Below, piece by piece: positions 18,984 through 27,953 of a DNA stretch of 64,000 nt (position 1 is its first letter; every line of letters starts with the position of its first letter). The notes below the pieces were generated by a model that did not search any database, was not told where the DNA came from, and saw only the letters and a list, made by a program, of their open reading frames with translations. The stretch covers positions 40 through 64,039 of the forward strand of contig DATAKO010000049.1 in assembly GCA_036261575.1 (NCBI GenBank), read 5' to 3'. This stretch comes from Jatrophihabitans sp. GTDB taxonomy: Bacteria > Actinomycetota > Actinomycetes > Mycobacteriales > Jatrophihabitantaceae. A program made the position numbers and the translations under genes.

Positions 18984-20591
18984 GTGTCGTCTGCGCTGCA
19001 AGGCCGGCTGTCACCGCACGAGGTGCCGGTGGCCGGCTCGGCGACCCGGCCAGCAGCAGCGGACCTTCGCGCGAACGAGCTGCTGATCGCTCGCCAGCTG
19101 CGCCGTGCGCTGCGTGCCGGTGCCATCGCGGTGCATTACCAGCCCGTCGTCGAACTGCCGTCCGGTCGGATCGTCGGCGCCGAAGCGCTGGCTCGCTGGA
19201 ACGATGAGCTGCTCGGCACGGTGACCCCGGACGTGTTCATCGGTGTGGCCGAGCGCGCCGGCCTGATCGAGGAACTCGGCGCGCATGTGCTGCGCACCGC
19301 GTGCGCCGAGGCCGCCACCTGGACGCCGGCCGCGCCGGACGTGACCGGCCCGTCGGTGTCGGTGAACGTCTCGGCGCTGCAGCTGCGCACAGACGACATC
19401 GTTTCGACGGTGCAGCACGCGCTGGCCGCGGCCGGGCTGGCCGCGACCCGGCTCTGCCTGGAGATCACCGAGACCGCCGCGGTGCAGGACCTGCCCGGCT
19501 GCACGGAGCGGTTGACCGCGCTGCGGGCGCTCGGTGTCCGGATCGCGCTCGACGACTTCGGCACCGGTCACTCCTCGCTGACCTTGCTGCGCCGGCTGCC
19601 GGTCGACATCGTCAAGATCGATCGCTCGTTCGTCGAGCAGGTCACCGCCGACGCCCGCGACGCGGTGCTGGTGCGGCTGCTCATCGACGCGGCGCACAGT
19701 TTCGGCCTGCGGATCTGTGCCGAGGGTGTGGAGACCCGCGAGCAGGCGCGCCAGCTGGTCGCGATGGGTGCCGACCGCGCGCAGGGGTGGCTGTTCGGCA
19801 GGCCGGAGGCCGGCTCGCCGGCGCTCACAGCCCGGCTGACCGGTCCGGCGCGAGAAGGTGTGGACGACACCGCGGCGCCGAAACTGCTGCTCGGCGGCAA
19901 CGAGGAGCTGGTGGTGGTGACCGGGCCGGACTACCGGATCCGCTACATCTCCGCGGCGCTGCACGCGATGCTCGGCTACCTGCCGAACCAGGCTGTGGGC
20001 GCCTCGGTACTGACCTTCCTGGAGAGCGACTCGCTGGTCGGACCGCACCGACCGGAGCCGGGTGTGCTGGTCGGCAACGGCCGCTACCAGGTCCGTCACC
20101 GCGACGGCAGCCTGCGCTGGTTGCACTCGCGCGGCCAGCAGCTGGCCGACATCGGTGGCCGCGGCGCGGAATTCCTGTTCGTGGTCCGCGACGTGACTGA
20201 CGCGGTACGCGCCGAGCGGGCGCTGGCCGAGAGCGAGGCCAAGTTCCGTGAGGCGTTCGACGGGGCGCCGATCGGCATGGCGATCAACCGGCTGGACGGC
20301 AGCTTCCTGGACGTGAACCAGGCGCTGGCCGAGCTGCTCGGCTACACCACCGAGCAGATGCTGGCGATGACGGTGGCCGACATCACCTGCCCGGAGGATC
20401 AGGCCGGCGATGTCGCGAACACCGAAGCGTTGCTGGCCGGCACGGTCCGGCACGTCTCGGTGGACAAGCGCTATCTCGACGTGCACGGCCGGCAGCTGGC
20501 CGTGCGGGTGCGGGCCTCGATCGTGACCGACGACGGCACCGGCCAGGCCTACATCGTGGCCCACGTGCTGCCCCGCGGCTCCGCGTCCTGA
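18984..20591 (+). CDS. EAL phosphodiesterase domain followed by two PAS/PAC domains
   Basis: YQPVV, AEALARW, EITE, DDFGTGHSS, KIDRSF, AEGVE, QGW, then two PAS repeats; no GGDEF. Confidence 0.85.
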   Translation: MSSALQGRLSPHEVPVAGSATRPAAADLRANELLIARQLRRALRAGAIAVHYQPVVELPSGRIVGAEALARWNDELLGTVTPDVFIGVAERAGLIEELGAHVLRTACAEAATWTPAAPDVTGPSVSVNVSALQLRTDDIVSTVQHALAAAGLAATRLCLEITETAAVQDLPGCTERLTALRALGVRIALDDFGTGHSSLTLLRRLPVDIVKIDRSFVEQVTADARDAVLVRLLIDAAHSFGLRICAEGVETREQARQLVAMGADRAQGWLFGRPEAGSPALTARLTGPAREGVDDTAAPKLLLGGNEELVVVTGPDYRIRYISAALHAMLGYLPNQAVGASVLTFLESDSLVGPHRPEPGVLVGNGRYQVRHRDGSLRWLHSRGQQLADIGGRGAEFLFVVRDVTDAVRAERALAESEAKFREAFDGAPIGMAINRLDGSFLDVNQALAELLGYTTEQMLAMTVADITCPEDQAGDVANTEALLAGTVRHVSVDKRYLDVHGRQLAVRVRASIVTDDGTGQAYIVAHVLPRGSAS

Positions 20592-20621
20592 GCGGCGCCT
20601 GATGGCCGGGCCGGCCATGTC

Positions 20622-20629
20622 TATGCTCT
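20622..20629 (+). promoter_or_regulatory. TATGCT(CT) -10 element, probable leaderless promoter
   Basis: 6 nt before ATG 20634; identical to the element at 15273. Confidence 0.55.
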
Positions 20630-20633
20630 CGCC

Positions 20634-22403
20634 ATGACAGCCCTCGAGCCCGGCGGCGCCGACCCGTCCCGCCGCGCAGTGTTCGAAGGGCTGGCAGCGC
20701 TCACCCGCAGCCGGCTCGCGACGAGCCACGCGGTGATCAGCTCCGATGCGCTGGAGCGGCCGTGCTGGGGCGGCGCCGATGATCGCGCGGTACCGGCCGA
20801 GCTGACGGCCGCGCTGGCCGAGCTGGTGACCGGGCCGGTCGCCCGAACCGGCCGGCCGGTCCAGCTGGCCGGACCGGCGAACGCGGCCCCCTTCGCCGCA
20901 GCGGCAGCCGAGCCGGTCTTCGACGCAGACGGCCAGCTGGTCGGCATTCTGAGCGTGCTCGATCAGCAGCCGCGGAACTGGACGCCGGGCGAGCTGGCAA
21001 CGCTGCGTGGCCTGGCCGACCAGGTGGGCGCCGAACTGGGGCTGGACCAGACGCTGTCCCAGCTGCGGCTGGCGACCGCGAAGCTCGGCTTGCTGGCCGA
21101 GGCCAACCACCGGCTTGCCGACACCCTCAATGTCGAGAAGACCGTTGGCGAGCTGGCCCGGCTGGTGGTGCCGGTGCTGGGCGATTGGTGCATGGTGTCC
21201 GCGGTCGACGACGACGGCCGGCTGCAGGACCTGGGCTGGTGGCACGGCACCGAGGACGGCCGGAGCCTGGTGCACGAGTTCATCTCCGATCGGCTCGCCG
21301 TGCTCTCCCAGGACAGCCCGACCTACCGGGTGTTTCGCGAGGGCAAGCCGTTCGTGCTGCCCGCGGGCGCCCTGGCGGCCGGACTGCGGACGCTGTCCAC
21401 CCCACGCTCGCAGGCTGTCTGGCAGCGCTTGGCGCCGGAGTCCTACGCAGTGTTCCCGATGGTGGCCGGTCCCAGGATCAACGGTGTGCTGTGCATCGTG
21501 CGTGGCTCCGACCGGCCGCCGATGTCCGACTTCGCCCTCGAGGTGGCCGAGGGGATCGCCAGCCGCGCCGGCCTGGCGCTGGAGAACGCGCGGCTGTTCC
21601 AGTCCCAGCGGCTGCTCAATGACAAGCTGTCCCAGGCCAATTCTCGGCTGCTGGCCAGCTCCCGGCACGACCGGGTCGTGTCGCGAGCGCTGCAGGATGC
21701 GATGCTGCCCAGCGTGTCGGCAGGCACCGGTGACCTGCAGGTGTGCGCCAGGTACCGCACCGCGGACGGCGAGGACCAGGTCGGCGGCGACTTCTACGAT
21801 GCGATCAACGCCCGCAGCGGCGGCACCACCGTGGTGATCGGTGACGTCAGCGGGCACGACATCGCTGCCGCCGCGGTGATGGGCCGGATCACCCCCGTGC
21901 TGCGCTCCTTTGTGTGGGACCGGCCGGACGAAAGCCCGGCGGAGCTGCTGGAACGGCTGGACCGGGCGATGACCGCGCTGGACGTGGCCAAGCTGACCAC
22001 CACCGCGCTGTTCCATCTGGACCAGCCGGTCGGCGGTGACTACCTGGCCGGCCGGCGCAGCGAGTGGTCGAACGCGGGGCACCTGCCGCCGCTGCTGATC
22101 ACCGCTGACGGCGCCAGCTTCCTCGGCCAGCAACCCGATCCGCCGCTGGGCATCACTGCGCGCGCCGCGCGACGCGACTTCCAGCTGCTGCTGCCGGCGG
22201 GCTCGACGCTGCTGCTCTACACCGACGGGCTGGTGGAGAGCCGGCAGCGCGACCTGGACGCGGGCCTGCAGCAGCTGCGCGCGTTCGTCAGCGAACAGGC
22301 CGCCCTGCCGCTGGCCGAGCTGCTGGATGCGACGCTGCAGGAGATGGTGCCCGGCGAGTTCGGCGACGATGTCGCGTTGGTGGGGGTCCGGCTGCGCGGC
22401 TGA
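20634..22403 (+). CDS. GAF-SpoIIE (PP2C) phosphatase, paralog of 15285..17159
   Basis: VGGDFYD, IGDVSGHD, NAGHLPP, YTDGLVE, DDVALV; shortened N-terminal GAF. Confidence 0.92.
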   Translation: MTALEPGGADPSRRAVFEGLAALTRSRLATSHAVISSDALERPCWGGADDRAVPAELTAALAELVTGPVARTGRPVQLAGPANAAPFAAAAAEPVFDADGQLVGILSVLDQQPRNWTPGELATLRGLADQVGAELGLDQTLSQLRLATAKLGLLAEANHRLADTLNVEKTVGELARLVVPVLGDWCMVSAVDDDGRLQDLGWWHGTEDGRSLVHEFISDRLAVLSQDSPTYRVFREGKPFVLPAGALAAGLRTLSTPRSQAVWQRLAPESYAVFPMVAGPRINGVLCIVRGSDRPPMSDFALEVAEGIASRAGLALENARLFQSQRLLNDKLSQANSRLLASSRHDRVVSRALQDAMLPSVSAGTGDLQVCARYRTADGEDQVGGDFYDAINARSGGTTVVIGDVSGHDIAAAAVMGRITPVLRSFVWDRPDESPAELLERLDRAMTALDVAKLTTTALFHLDQPVGGDYLAGRRSEWSNAGHLPPLLITADGASFLGQQPDPPLGITARAARRDFQLLLPAGSTLLLYTDGLVESRQRDLDAGLQQLRAFVSEQAALPLAELLDATLQEMVPGEFGDDVALVGVRLRG

Positions 22404-22411
22404 GCGGCGCT

Positions 22412-22528
22412 TCAGCCGGGCTGCACGGCGACGACGTCGCCGTCCGGGCAGAGCACCGTCACGCCGGCGTTCTCGAAGGCTCGACGCAGCGGCCCGGGTG
22501 GTTCGGCGTCGGTGATCTCGCGCATCAT
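22412..22528 (-). pseudogene. Possible DeoR/GlpR C-terminal remnant or 38-aa small ORF
   Basis: Manual translation MMREITDAEPPGPLRRAFENAGVTVLCPDGDVVAVQPG resembles the DeoR sensor-domain tail (ITD...GV-V); below ORF-track cutoff. Confidence 0.3.
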
Positions 22529-22610
22529 GACTGCCTTGGCCAGGTTGCTGGTGCTGTCAACGCATTCGGTGATGTTCGAGTCGCCGGCACGCGTGAGCTG
22601 AATGACGCTG

Positions 22611-22631
22611 AGGCTTTCGTTGCGAAAGCCT
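22611..22631. repeat. Perfect 9-bp inverted repeat
   Basis: AGGCTTTCG-TTG-CGAAAGCCT in intergenic region. Confidence 0.7.
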
Positions 22632-22851
22632 TGCTCACCACAGCGTCGGACAAGTACTGCAGCAGGGCCCGGAAGGTATTTACGCTGCTGGATGAACGCT
22701 ACCTATGCTGCTCGGGGAAGTTCGATATTTGAGATCGCTGACCAGCACGGTTGCGTTTGCCCGCGTTGAACGTCAGTGAGTTCGCGACGATTGGCTCGTC
22801 GACAACCGCCGTGCACGCGCCCACACCGACCTCCCTCCTCCAGGAGCCCAC

Positions 22852-23835
22852 ATGACCGCACCGACCGATGGCCTGACGCTGCTGGCGGCCAACCAGCCCC
22901 CGCAGCGCCGCTACCTGGGCGGGGCGCGGATCGCCGAGTTTCGCGGGCTGCCCGCGGCCGGCGGCGGGCGCACTCCGGAGGACTGGATCGCCTCCACCAC
23001 CCCGCTGTTCGGCCAGCACCGGCTCGGGCTCAGCGAGCTTCCGGACGGCCGGTTGCTGGCGGCGGCGATCGAGGCCGACCCGCTCTTCTGGCTGGGCGAG
23101 CGGCATATCGCGCGCCACGGCACCGACCCGAGGCTGCTGACGAAGCTGCTCGACACCGGGCAGCGGCTGTTCGTACATGCGCATCCGGATGACAGCTTCG
23201 CGACCCGGCACGGCTTTGCCAACGGCAAGGCGGAGGCCTGGTTCATGCTCACCGGTGGCACTGTGCACCTGGGGCTGCGGGAACCGGTGTCGCCCGCGGA
23301 GCTGCTGCGGCTGGCCCGGGAGCAGGACACCGAGCGGCTGCTGGGGCTGCTGAACCGGGTGCAGGTGGCCGCGGGGGATGTCGTCGCGGTGCCGCCGGGC
23401 GTGCTGCATTCGATCGGGGCAGACCTGCTGCTGCTGGAACTGCAGCAGCCCGCCGACCTGTCGATCCTGCTGGAATGGCAGGGCTTTCCGATCGACGGGG
23501 CTGCCGACGGCAACCTGGGGCTCGGTCTGCAGGTGGCGATCGAGGCAGTACAGACCGAAGCGAGCCGCAACCTCGACGAGCTGGTCCGGCCGGCCGGCTA
23601 CGGCGTGTCCGTGCTGCCACCGGTGATGGATGAATTCGTGCGGCTGGAGCGATGGGCGGTCGACGGCCGCCAGCAGCTGGAGCCGGGCTTCGGGGTGCTG
23701 GTGGTCACCGCCGGCAACCTCGCCGCCGGCGGCCAGCAGCTGCCCCGGGGCAGCGTCGGGGTGCTCGCGCACGGTGCGGGCGACCTGTCGATCACCGGGA
23801 CCGGTGAGCTGCTGGTGGCCCGGCCGCCCCGATGA
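22852..23835 (+). CDS. Class I phosphomannose isomerase-like cupin
   Basis: PEDW, KLLD, LFVHAHP, KAEAW, VLHSIG, ELQQPAD; AGGAG RBS. Confidence 0.8.
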   Translation: MTAPTDGLTLLAANQPPQRRYLGGARIAEFRGLPAAGGGRTPEDWIASTTPLFGQHRLGLSELPDGRLLAAAIEADPLFWLGERHIARHGTDPRLLTKLLDTGQRLFVHAHPDDSFATRHGFANGKAEAWFMLTGGTVHLGLREPVSPAELLRLAREQDTERLLGLLNRVQVAAGDVVAVPPGVLHSIGADLLLLELQQPADLSILLEWQGFPIDGAADGNLGLGLQVAIEAVQTEASRNLDELVRPAGYGVSVLPPVMDEFVRLERWAVDGRQQLEPGFGVLVVTAGNLAAGGQQLPRGSVGVLAHGAGDLSITGTGELLVARPPR

Positions 23836-23896
23836 GCGCGGCCAGCGACGCTAGGCTGGCCGAACCAGCGCAGCACGGGCCGACGGAGCGGGAGCA

Positions 23897-24847
23897 GTGG
23901 TGAGTCTCGAACCGGCCGATGTCGCCCGGCTGGGCCTGGGGCTCGCCGCGATCGGCCGGCCGGCCTACATCACCGCCGGCCGCGGGCACGATCTCGGGCC
24001 GCCGGCGCAGCGCACCGTGGCCAGCATGCGCAGCCGGACGCACGCCTTGCTGGACTCGGCCTGGTCCGCCGGCATCCGCTACGTCGACGTTGCGCGCTCC
24101 TACGGCAGGGCTGAGGAGTTCCTCGGCGAGTGGCTGGCGGCGCATCCGGGTCGCCGCGCCCAGCTGCGGCTGGGCTCCAAATGGGGTTACGAGTACGTGG
24201 GGAACTGGCGTGCCGACGCCCCGCTGCACGAGCGCAAGCAGCACTCCCGGGCGATGTTGGACAAACAGTGGCCGCAGACCCTGCAGGCGCTGGGCGGACC
24301 GCCCGACTGGTATCTGATCCACTCGGTGACCCCGGACAGCCCGGCGCTCACGGACCGGGACCTGCTGGCCGCCCTGTCCGAACTTGCTGCCACCGGCATC
24401 CGGATCGGGCTGTCGACCAGCGGCCCGGCACAGGCGGCGGTGATCGAACGGGCGCTGGCGTTGCGTTCGGTGCCGTTCTCGGTGGTCCAGTCGACCTGGA
24501 ACCTGCTGGAGCAGTCGGCGACCCAGGCGCTGCTGCGCGCGCATGCTGCTGGCTGGCAGGTCATCGTCAAAGAGGTGTTCGCCAACGGCCGGTTGGCCGG
24601 CACCGCGGCACCTCCGGCGATCCGGCAGGTGGCCGAGCAGCAGGGCCGGACGGTGGAGTCGGTCGCGCTGGGCACCGTGCTGGCCCAGCCCTGGGTCGAC
24701 CTGGCCCTCACCGGTGCGGTCACCGGCGATCAGTTGGCGGCCAACCTGGCCGCCGACGTCGCGGCGCCGCTGCCGGATCTGCTCCACGGGCTGGCGGTGG
24801 CGGCGCCGGAGTACTGGCATGCACGCGGCGAGCTGAGCTGGGCCTGA
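23897..24847 (+). CDS. Aldo/keto reductase
   Basis: LGLGLAAIG, YVDVARSYGRAEE, GSKWG, YLIHS, STWNLLE. Confidence 0.88.
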   Translation: MVSLEPADVARLGLGLAAIGRPAYITAGRGHDLGPPAQRTVASMRSRTHALLDSAWSAGIRYVDVARSYGRAEEFLGEWLAAHPGRRAQLRLGSKWGYEYVGNWRADAPLHERKQHSRAMLDKQWPQTLQALGGPPDWYLIHSVTPDSPALTDRDLLAALSELAATGIRIGLSTSGPAQAAVIERALALRSVPFSVVQSTWNLLEQSATQALLRAHAAGWQVIVKEVFANGRLAGTAAPPAIRQVAEQQGRTVESVALGTVLAQPWVDLALTGAVTGDQLAANLAADVAAPLPDLLHGLAVAAPEYWHARGELSWA

Positions 24848-24864
24848 CCGGGCAGGCGTCGGCG

Positions 24865-25905
24865 ATGCGGATCGTGGCAGCCCCGGACAAGTTTCGTGGC
24901 ACCGCCGATGCGCGGCAGATCGCCGCTGCGGTGGCACGGGCGGCGGATTCGGCGGGTGCGCACTGCGTCTCGGTGCCGCTGTCCGATGGTGGCGAGGGCA
25001 TGCTGCAGGCCTTCGGTGGCGGCAACCGCATGGACACGGTGACCGGACCGCTCGGCACGCCGGTGCAGGCACCGTGGCGGCTGCAGCCGGACGGGATCGC
25101 GATCATCGAGAGCGCGCTGGCCTGCGGCCTCGCGCTGGCCGGTGGCGCGCAGGCCAACGACCCGGAGGCGGCCGGCACCCGCGGTGTCGGTGAGCTGATC
25201 GTGGCCGCGGTGCGCGCCGGCGCCGGGCAGGTGGTGATCGGCCTGGGCGGCTCGGCGAGCACGGACGGCGGCGCGGGTGCCGCGGCGGTGCTGCGGGCGG
25301 CCGGCGTGCGCGGACGCGGGCTCACCGGTGTGGCGGTGCGCGGCAGCTGCGTGCGGCTGGTCGTGTGCTGTGACGTCACCACCCGGTTCTCCGACGCGGC
25401 CAGGGTCTTCGGACCGCAGAAGGGCGCGGGCCCGGGGCAGGTCGCACGGCTGAGCGCGCGGCTGGCCGCTGAGCGGGCGCGGGTGCTCGCCAGCACCGGC
25501 CTGGACCTGGACCGGGTGCCCGGCAGCGGTGCCGCCGGTGGCCTGGCGGGCGGCCTCGCTGCGCTCGGAGCGGAGCTGGTGCCTGGCTTCGACGCGGTCG
25601 CTGCGGCCAGCTCGCTGGATGCAGCGCTGGCCGGGGCGCACCTGGTGGTGACAGGGGAGGGCAAGCTGGACCGGACGTCGCTAGCGGGCAAGGTCGTGGG
25701 TGGGGTGCTCGAGCACGCCGGCCGGGTCGGGGTGCCGGTGCTCGTACTGGCAGGCCAGGTCGAGCCGGATCTCGTGCTGGAACCCGAGGCGACGGTGCTC
25801 GACCTGACGGTCCGCTACGGCGCCGAACGGGCCTGGCGTGACACCACCGGTTGCGTGACCGATGCGGTGGGCCGCCACCTGCGCCAGCTGGCCGCCCGCG
25901 GCTGA
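24865..25905 (+). CDS. glxK: Glycerate kinase
   Basis: MRIVAAPDKFRG, PLSDGGEG, IGLGGSASTDGG, FGPQKGA, GAAGGL, TGEGKLD. Confidence 0.9.
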   Translation: MRIVAAPDKFRGTADARQIAAAVARAADSAGAHCVSVPLSDGGEGMLQAFGGGNRMDTVTGPLGTPVQAPWRLQPDGIAIIESALACGLALAGGAQANDPEAAGTRGVGELIVAAVRAGAGQVVIGLGGSASTDGGAGAAAVLRAAGVRGRGLTGVAVRGSCVRLVVCCDVTTRFSDAARVFGPQKGAGPGQVARLSARLAAERARVLASTGLDLDRVPGSGAAGGLAGGLAALGAELVPGFDAVAAASSLDAALAGAHLVVTGEGKLDRTSLAGKVVGGVLEHAGRVGVPVLVLAGQVEPDLVLEPEATVLDLTVRYGAERAWRDTTGCVTDAVGRHLRQLAARG

Positions 25906-25929
25906 TCGCTGCTCGGGCATACTCGATGC

Positions 25930-26454
25930 ATGTCCGACATCGCGCGGCCGGCTCAGCCCGCGAGCACGCCGGCCAAGAAGGCTGCCGCGAAGAAGGCTGC
26001 GGCGAAGAAGGCACCCGTCAAGAAGGCTGCGGCGAAGAAGGCCCCCGTCAAGAAGGCTGCCGCGAAGAAGGTCCCCGCGAAGAAGGCCCTCGCCAAGAAG
26101 GCTGCGGCGAAGAAGGCTGCCGCGAAGAAGGCTCCCGCGAAGAAGGCTCCCGCGAAGAAGGCCCCCGCCAAGAAGGCTGCCGCGAAGAAGGCGCCCCCGG
26201 CCAAGTCGGCTCCCCGGCGTCCCGCGGCGACTTCGGCCGGCCGGCCGGGCGTCTCGTCGGTACCCGAGCTCGAGCCGACCCCGGCCGACCCGCTGGAGCT
26301 GCTCGGGCTGACTGCGGGCTACACCCGCAGCCAGCTGCGTGCGGCCTGGCGGGCCTTCGCGGTGACGCATCATCCCGACCGCGGCGGCCAGGCCTCGCTC
26401 TTCGTGCGCGGCGAGCGCGCCTACGCCGTCCTGCTCGCACAGCTCGATCGGTGA
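25930..26454 (+). CDS. Histone H1-like Lys/Ala repeat protein with C-terminal J-domain
   Basis: 15 tandem xxKKA-type pentamers, then DPLELLGL...[18 protein letters not shown] (HPD motif); GC3-rich codons; CATACT 6 nt upstream; GTGA overlap with crtI. Confidence 0.8.
   Translation: MSDIARPAQPASTPAKKAAAKKAAAKKAPVKKAAAKKAPVKKAAAKKVPAKKALAKKAAAKKAAAKKAPAKKAPAKKAPAKKAAAKKAPPAKSAPRRPAATSAGRPGVSSVPELEPTPADPLELLGLTAGYTRSQLRAAWRAFAVTHHPDRGGQASLFVRGERAYAVLLAQLDR
25969..26193 (+). repeat. 15 x 15-bp in-frame tandem repeat ([15 protein letters not shown])
   Basis: Repeated (G/C)CxGCGAAGAAGGCx units read directly from sequence. Confidence 0.95.
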
Positions 26455-27953
26455 ACGTGATGGGCCTGCGCCGGGTGCCCGGCCGCACCGACCGGGTGGT
26501 AGTGATCGGGGCCGGCCTGGGCGGGCTGTCGGCCACGTTGCGGCTTCTCGGCGCGGGACGCGAGGTGACGGTGGTGGAGCAGGCCGATCGGCCGGGTGGC
26601 CGCGCCGGCCTGCTGCAGCGCGACGGCTACCGTTTCGATACCGGCCCGACGGTGCTCACCATGCCCGAGCTGATCGACGATGCCCTTGCCTGCGTGGGGG
26701 AACGGCTGTCGGACCGGGTCAGGCTGCTGCCGCTGCAGCCGGCCTACCGGGCCCGGTTCGCCGATCGATCGAGCATCGACGTGCACGCCGACCCGGAACG
26801 GATGGCGACGGAGATCGAGCGGGTGGCGGGGCCGGCGGAGGCGGCAGGCTATCGGGAGCTGGTGAGCTTTCTCCGAAGGCTGTACCGGCTGGAGTTGGCC
26901 AACTTCATCGACCGCAATCTGGACTCCCCCGGGCAGCTGGTGAACAGCGCCGGGCTGCAATTGCTGGCCATCGGCGGCCTGCGCCGGCTGGCACCCAAGG
27001 TCGGGCAGTACCTCAAGGACGACCGGCTCCGGCGCGTCTTCTCCTTCCAGGCCATGTATGCCGGCCTCGCGCCGCAGGACGCGCTCGCGATCTACGCGGT
27101 GATCTCCTACATGGACACGGTGGCCGGCGTCTACTTCCCCGAAGGTGGCATGCATGCGGTGCCGCAGGCGATGGCTGCCGCAGCCGCCCAGCACGGTGCT
27201 CGTTTTCGCTACCGCACCCGCATCGAACGGATCGAGGTCGGCCAGGGCCGGGCGCGGGCCGTGCACACCGACCAGGGCGAGCGGATCGAGGCAGATGCCG
27301 TCGTGGTCAACGCCGATCTGCCCACGGCGTACCAGGACCTGCTGCCGCCCGAGTACCGGCCCGCACGGCTGCGGCGACTGCGCTACTCGCCGTCCTGCGC
27401 TCTGCTGCATGTCGGCTCGACCGTTGCGGTGCCGGAGCTGGCCCATCACAGCATCTTCTTCGGCCAGGCCTGGCGCGAGACGTTCCGCGAGATCATCGAC
27501 CAGGGCCGGCTGATGAGCGATCCCTCGTTCCTGGTGAGCAATCCCAGCCAGAGCGATCCAGGCCTGGCACCTGCCGGCGGCCACAGTTACTACATCCTGT
27601 TCCCCACGCCGAATGCCCGGGCCGGCCTGGACTGGCCGAGCCTTGCTCCGCGCTACCGCGAGGAGATGCTGATGAACGTGCAGGAACGGACCGGTGTCGA
27701 CCTGGCCGCCGGCATCGACACCGAGCTGCTGGTGACGCCCGCGGACTGGCAGGCGCAGGGGCTGGCTGCTGGCGCCCCGTTCGCGGCCGCGCACACCTTC
27801 GGCCAGTCGGGACCGTTTCGGATGCCGACCCTGGACCGGCGGATCGAGAACCTGGTGTTCTGCGGCTCCAACACCCAGCCCGGCGTCGGTATCCCGATGG
27901 TGCTCATCTCGGGGCGGCTCGCCGCCGAACGCATCTGCGGCCCGGTGCGGTGA
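26451..27953 (+). CDS. crtI: Phytoene desaturase
   Basis: [33 protein letters not shown]-type C-terminal [15 protein letters not shown]. Confidence 0.95.
   Translation: MNVMGLRRVPGRTDRVVVIGAGLGGLSATLRLLGAGREVTVVEQADRPGGRAGLLQRDGYRFDTGPTVLTMPELIDDALACVGERLSDRVRLLPLQPAYRARFADRSSIDVHADPERMATEIERVAGPAEAAGYRELVSFLRRLYRLELANFIDRNLDSPGQLVNSAGLQLLAIGGLRRLAPKVGQYLKDDRLRRVFSFQAMYAGLAPQDALAIYAVISYMDTVAGVYFPEGGMHAVPQAMAAAAAQHGARFRYRTRIERIEVGQGRARAVHTDQGERIEADAVVVNADLPTAYQDLLPPEYRPARLRRLRYSPSCALLHVGSTVAVPELAHHSIFFGQAWRETFREIIDQGRLMSDPSFLVSNPSQSDPGLAPAGGHSYYILFPTPNARAGLDWPSLAPRYREEMLMNVQERTGVDLAAGIDTELLVTPADWQAQGLAAGAPFAAAHTFGQSGPFRMPTLDRRIENLVFCGSNTQPGVGIPMVLISGRLAAERICGPVR

Noticed and set aside
19011-22133. 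1040-aa minus-strand ORF
   Set aside because: Antisense shadow of the EAL-PAS and PP2C genes; Arg/Gly/Gln-rich with no domain motifs, typical of high-GC DNA
7242-22403. SigF/SigB-type promoters (GTTT-N14-19-GGGTA) in the stress island
   Set aside because: Isolated GGGTAT/GGGAAT hexamers occur (e.g. 13017) but without a properly spaced GTTT -35
25969-26193. Tandem repeat as possible CRISPR or VNTR
   Set aside because: 15-bp in-frame units with no unique spacers and no cas genes; coding low-complexity repeat
25953-26204. Hydrophobic AFF-repeat ORF antisense to the KKA repeats
   Set aside because: Direct reverse-complement of the AAG AAG repeat; the sense ORF has a J-domain, promoter and coupling
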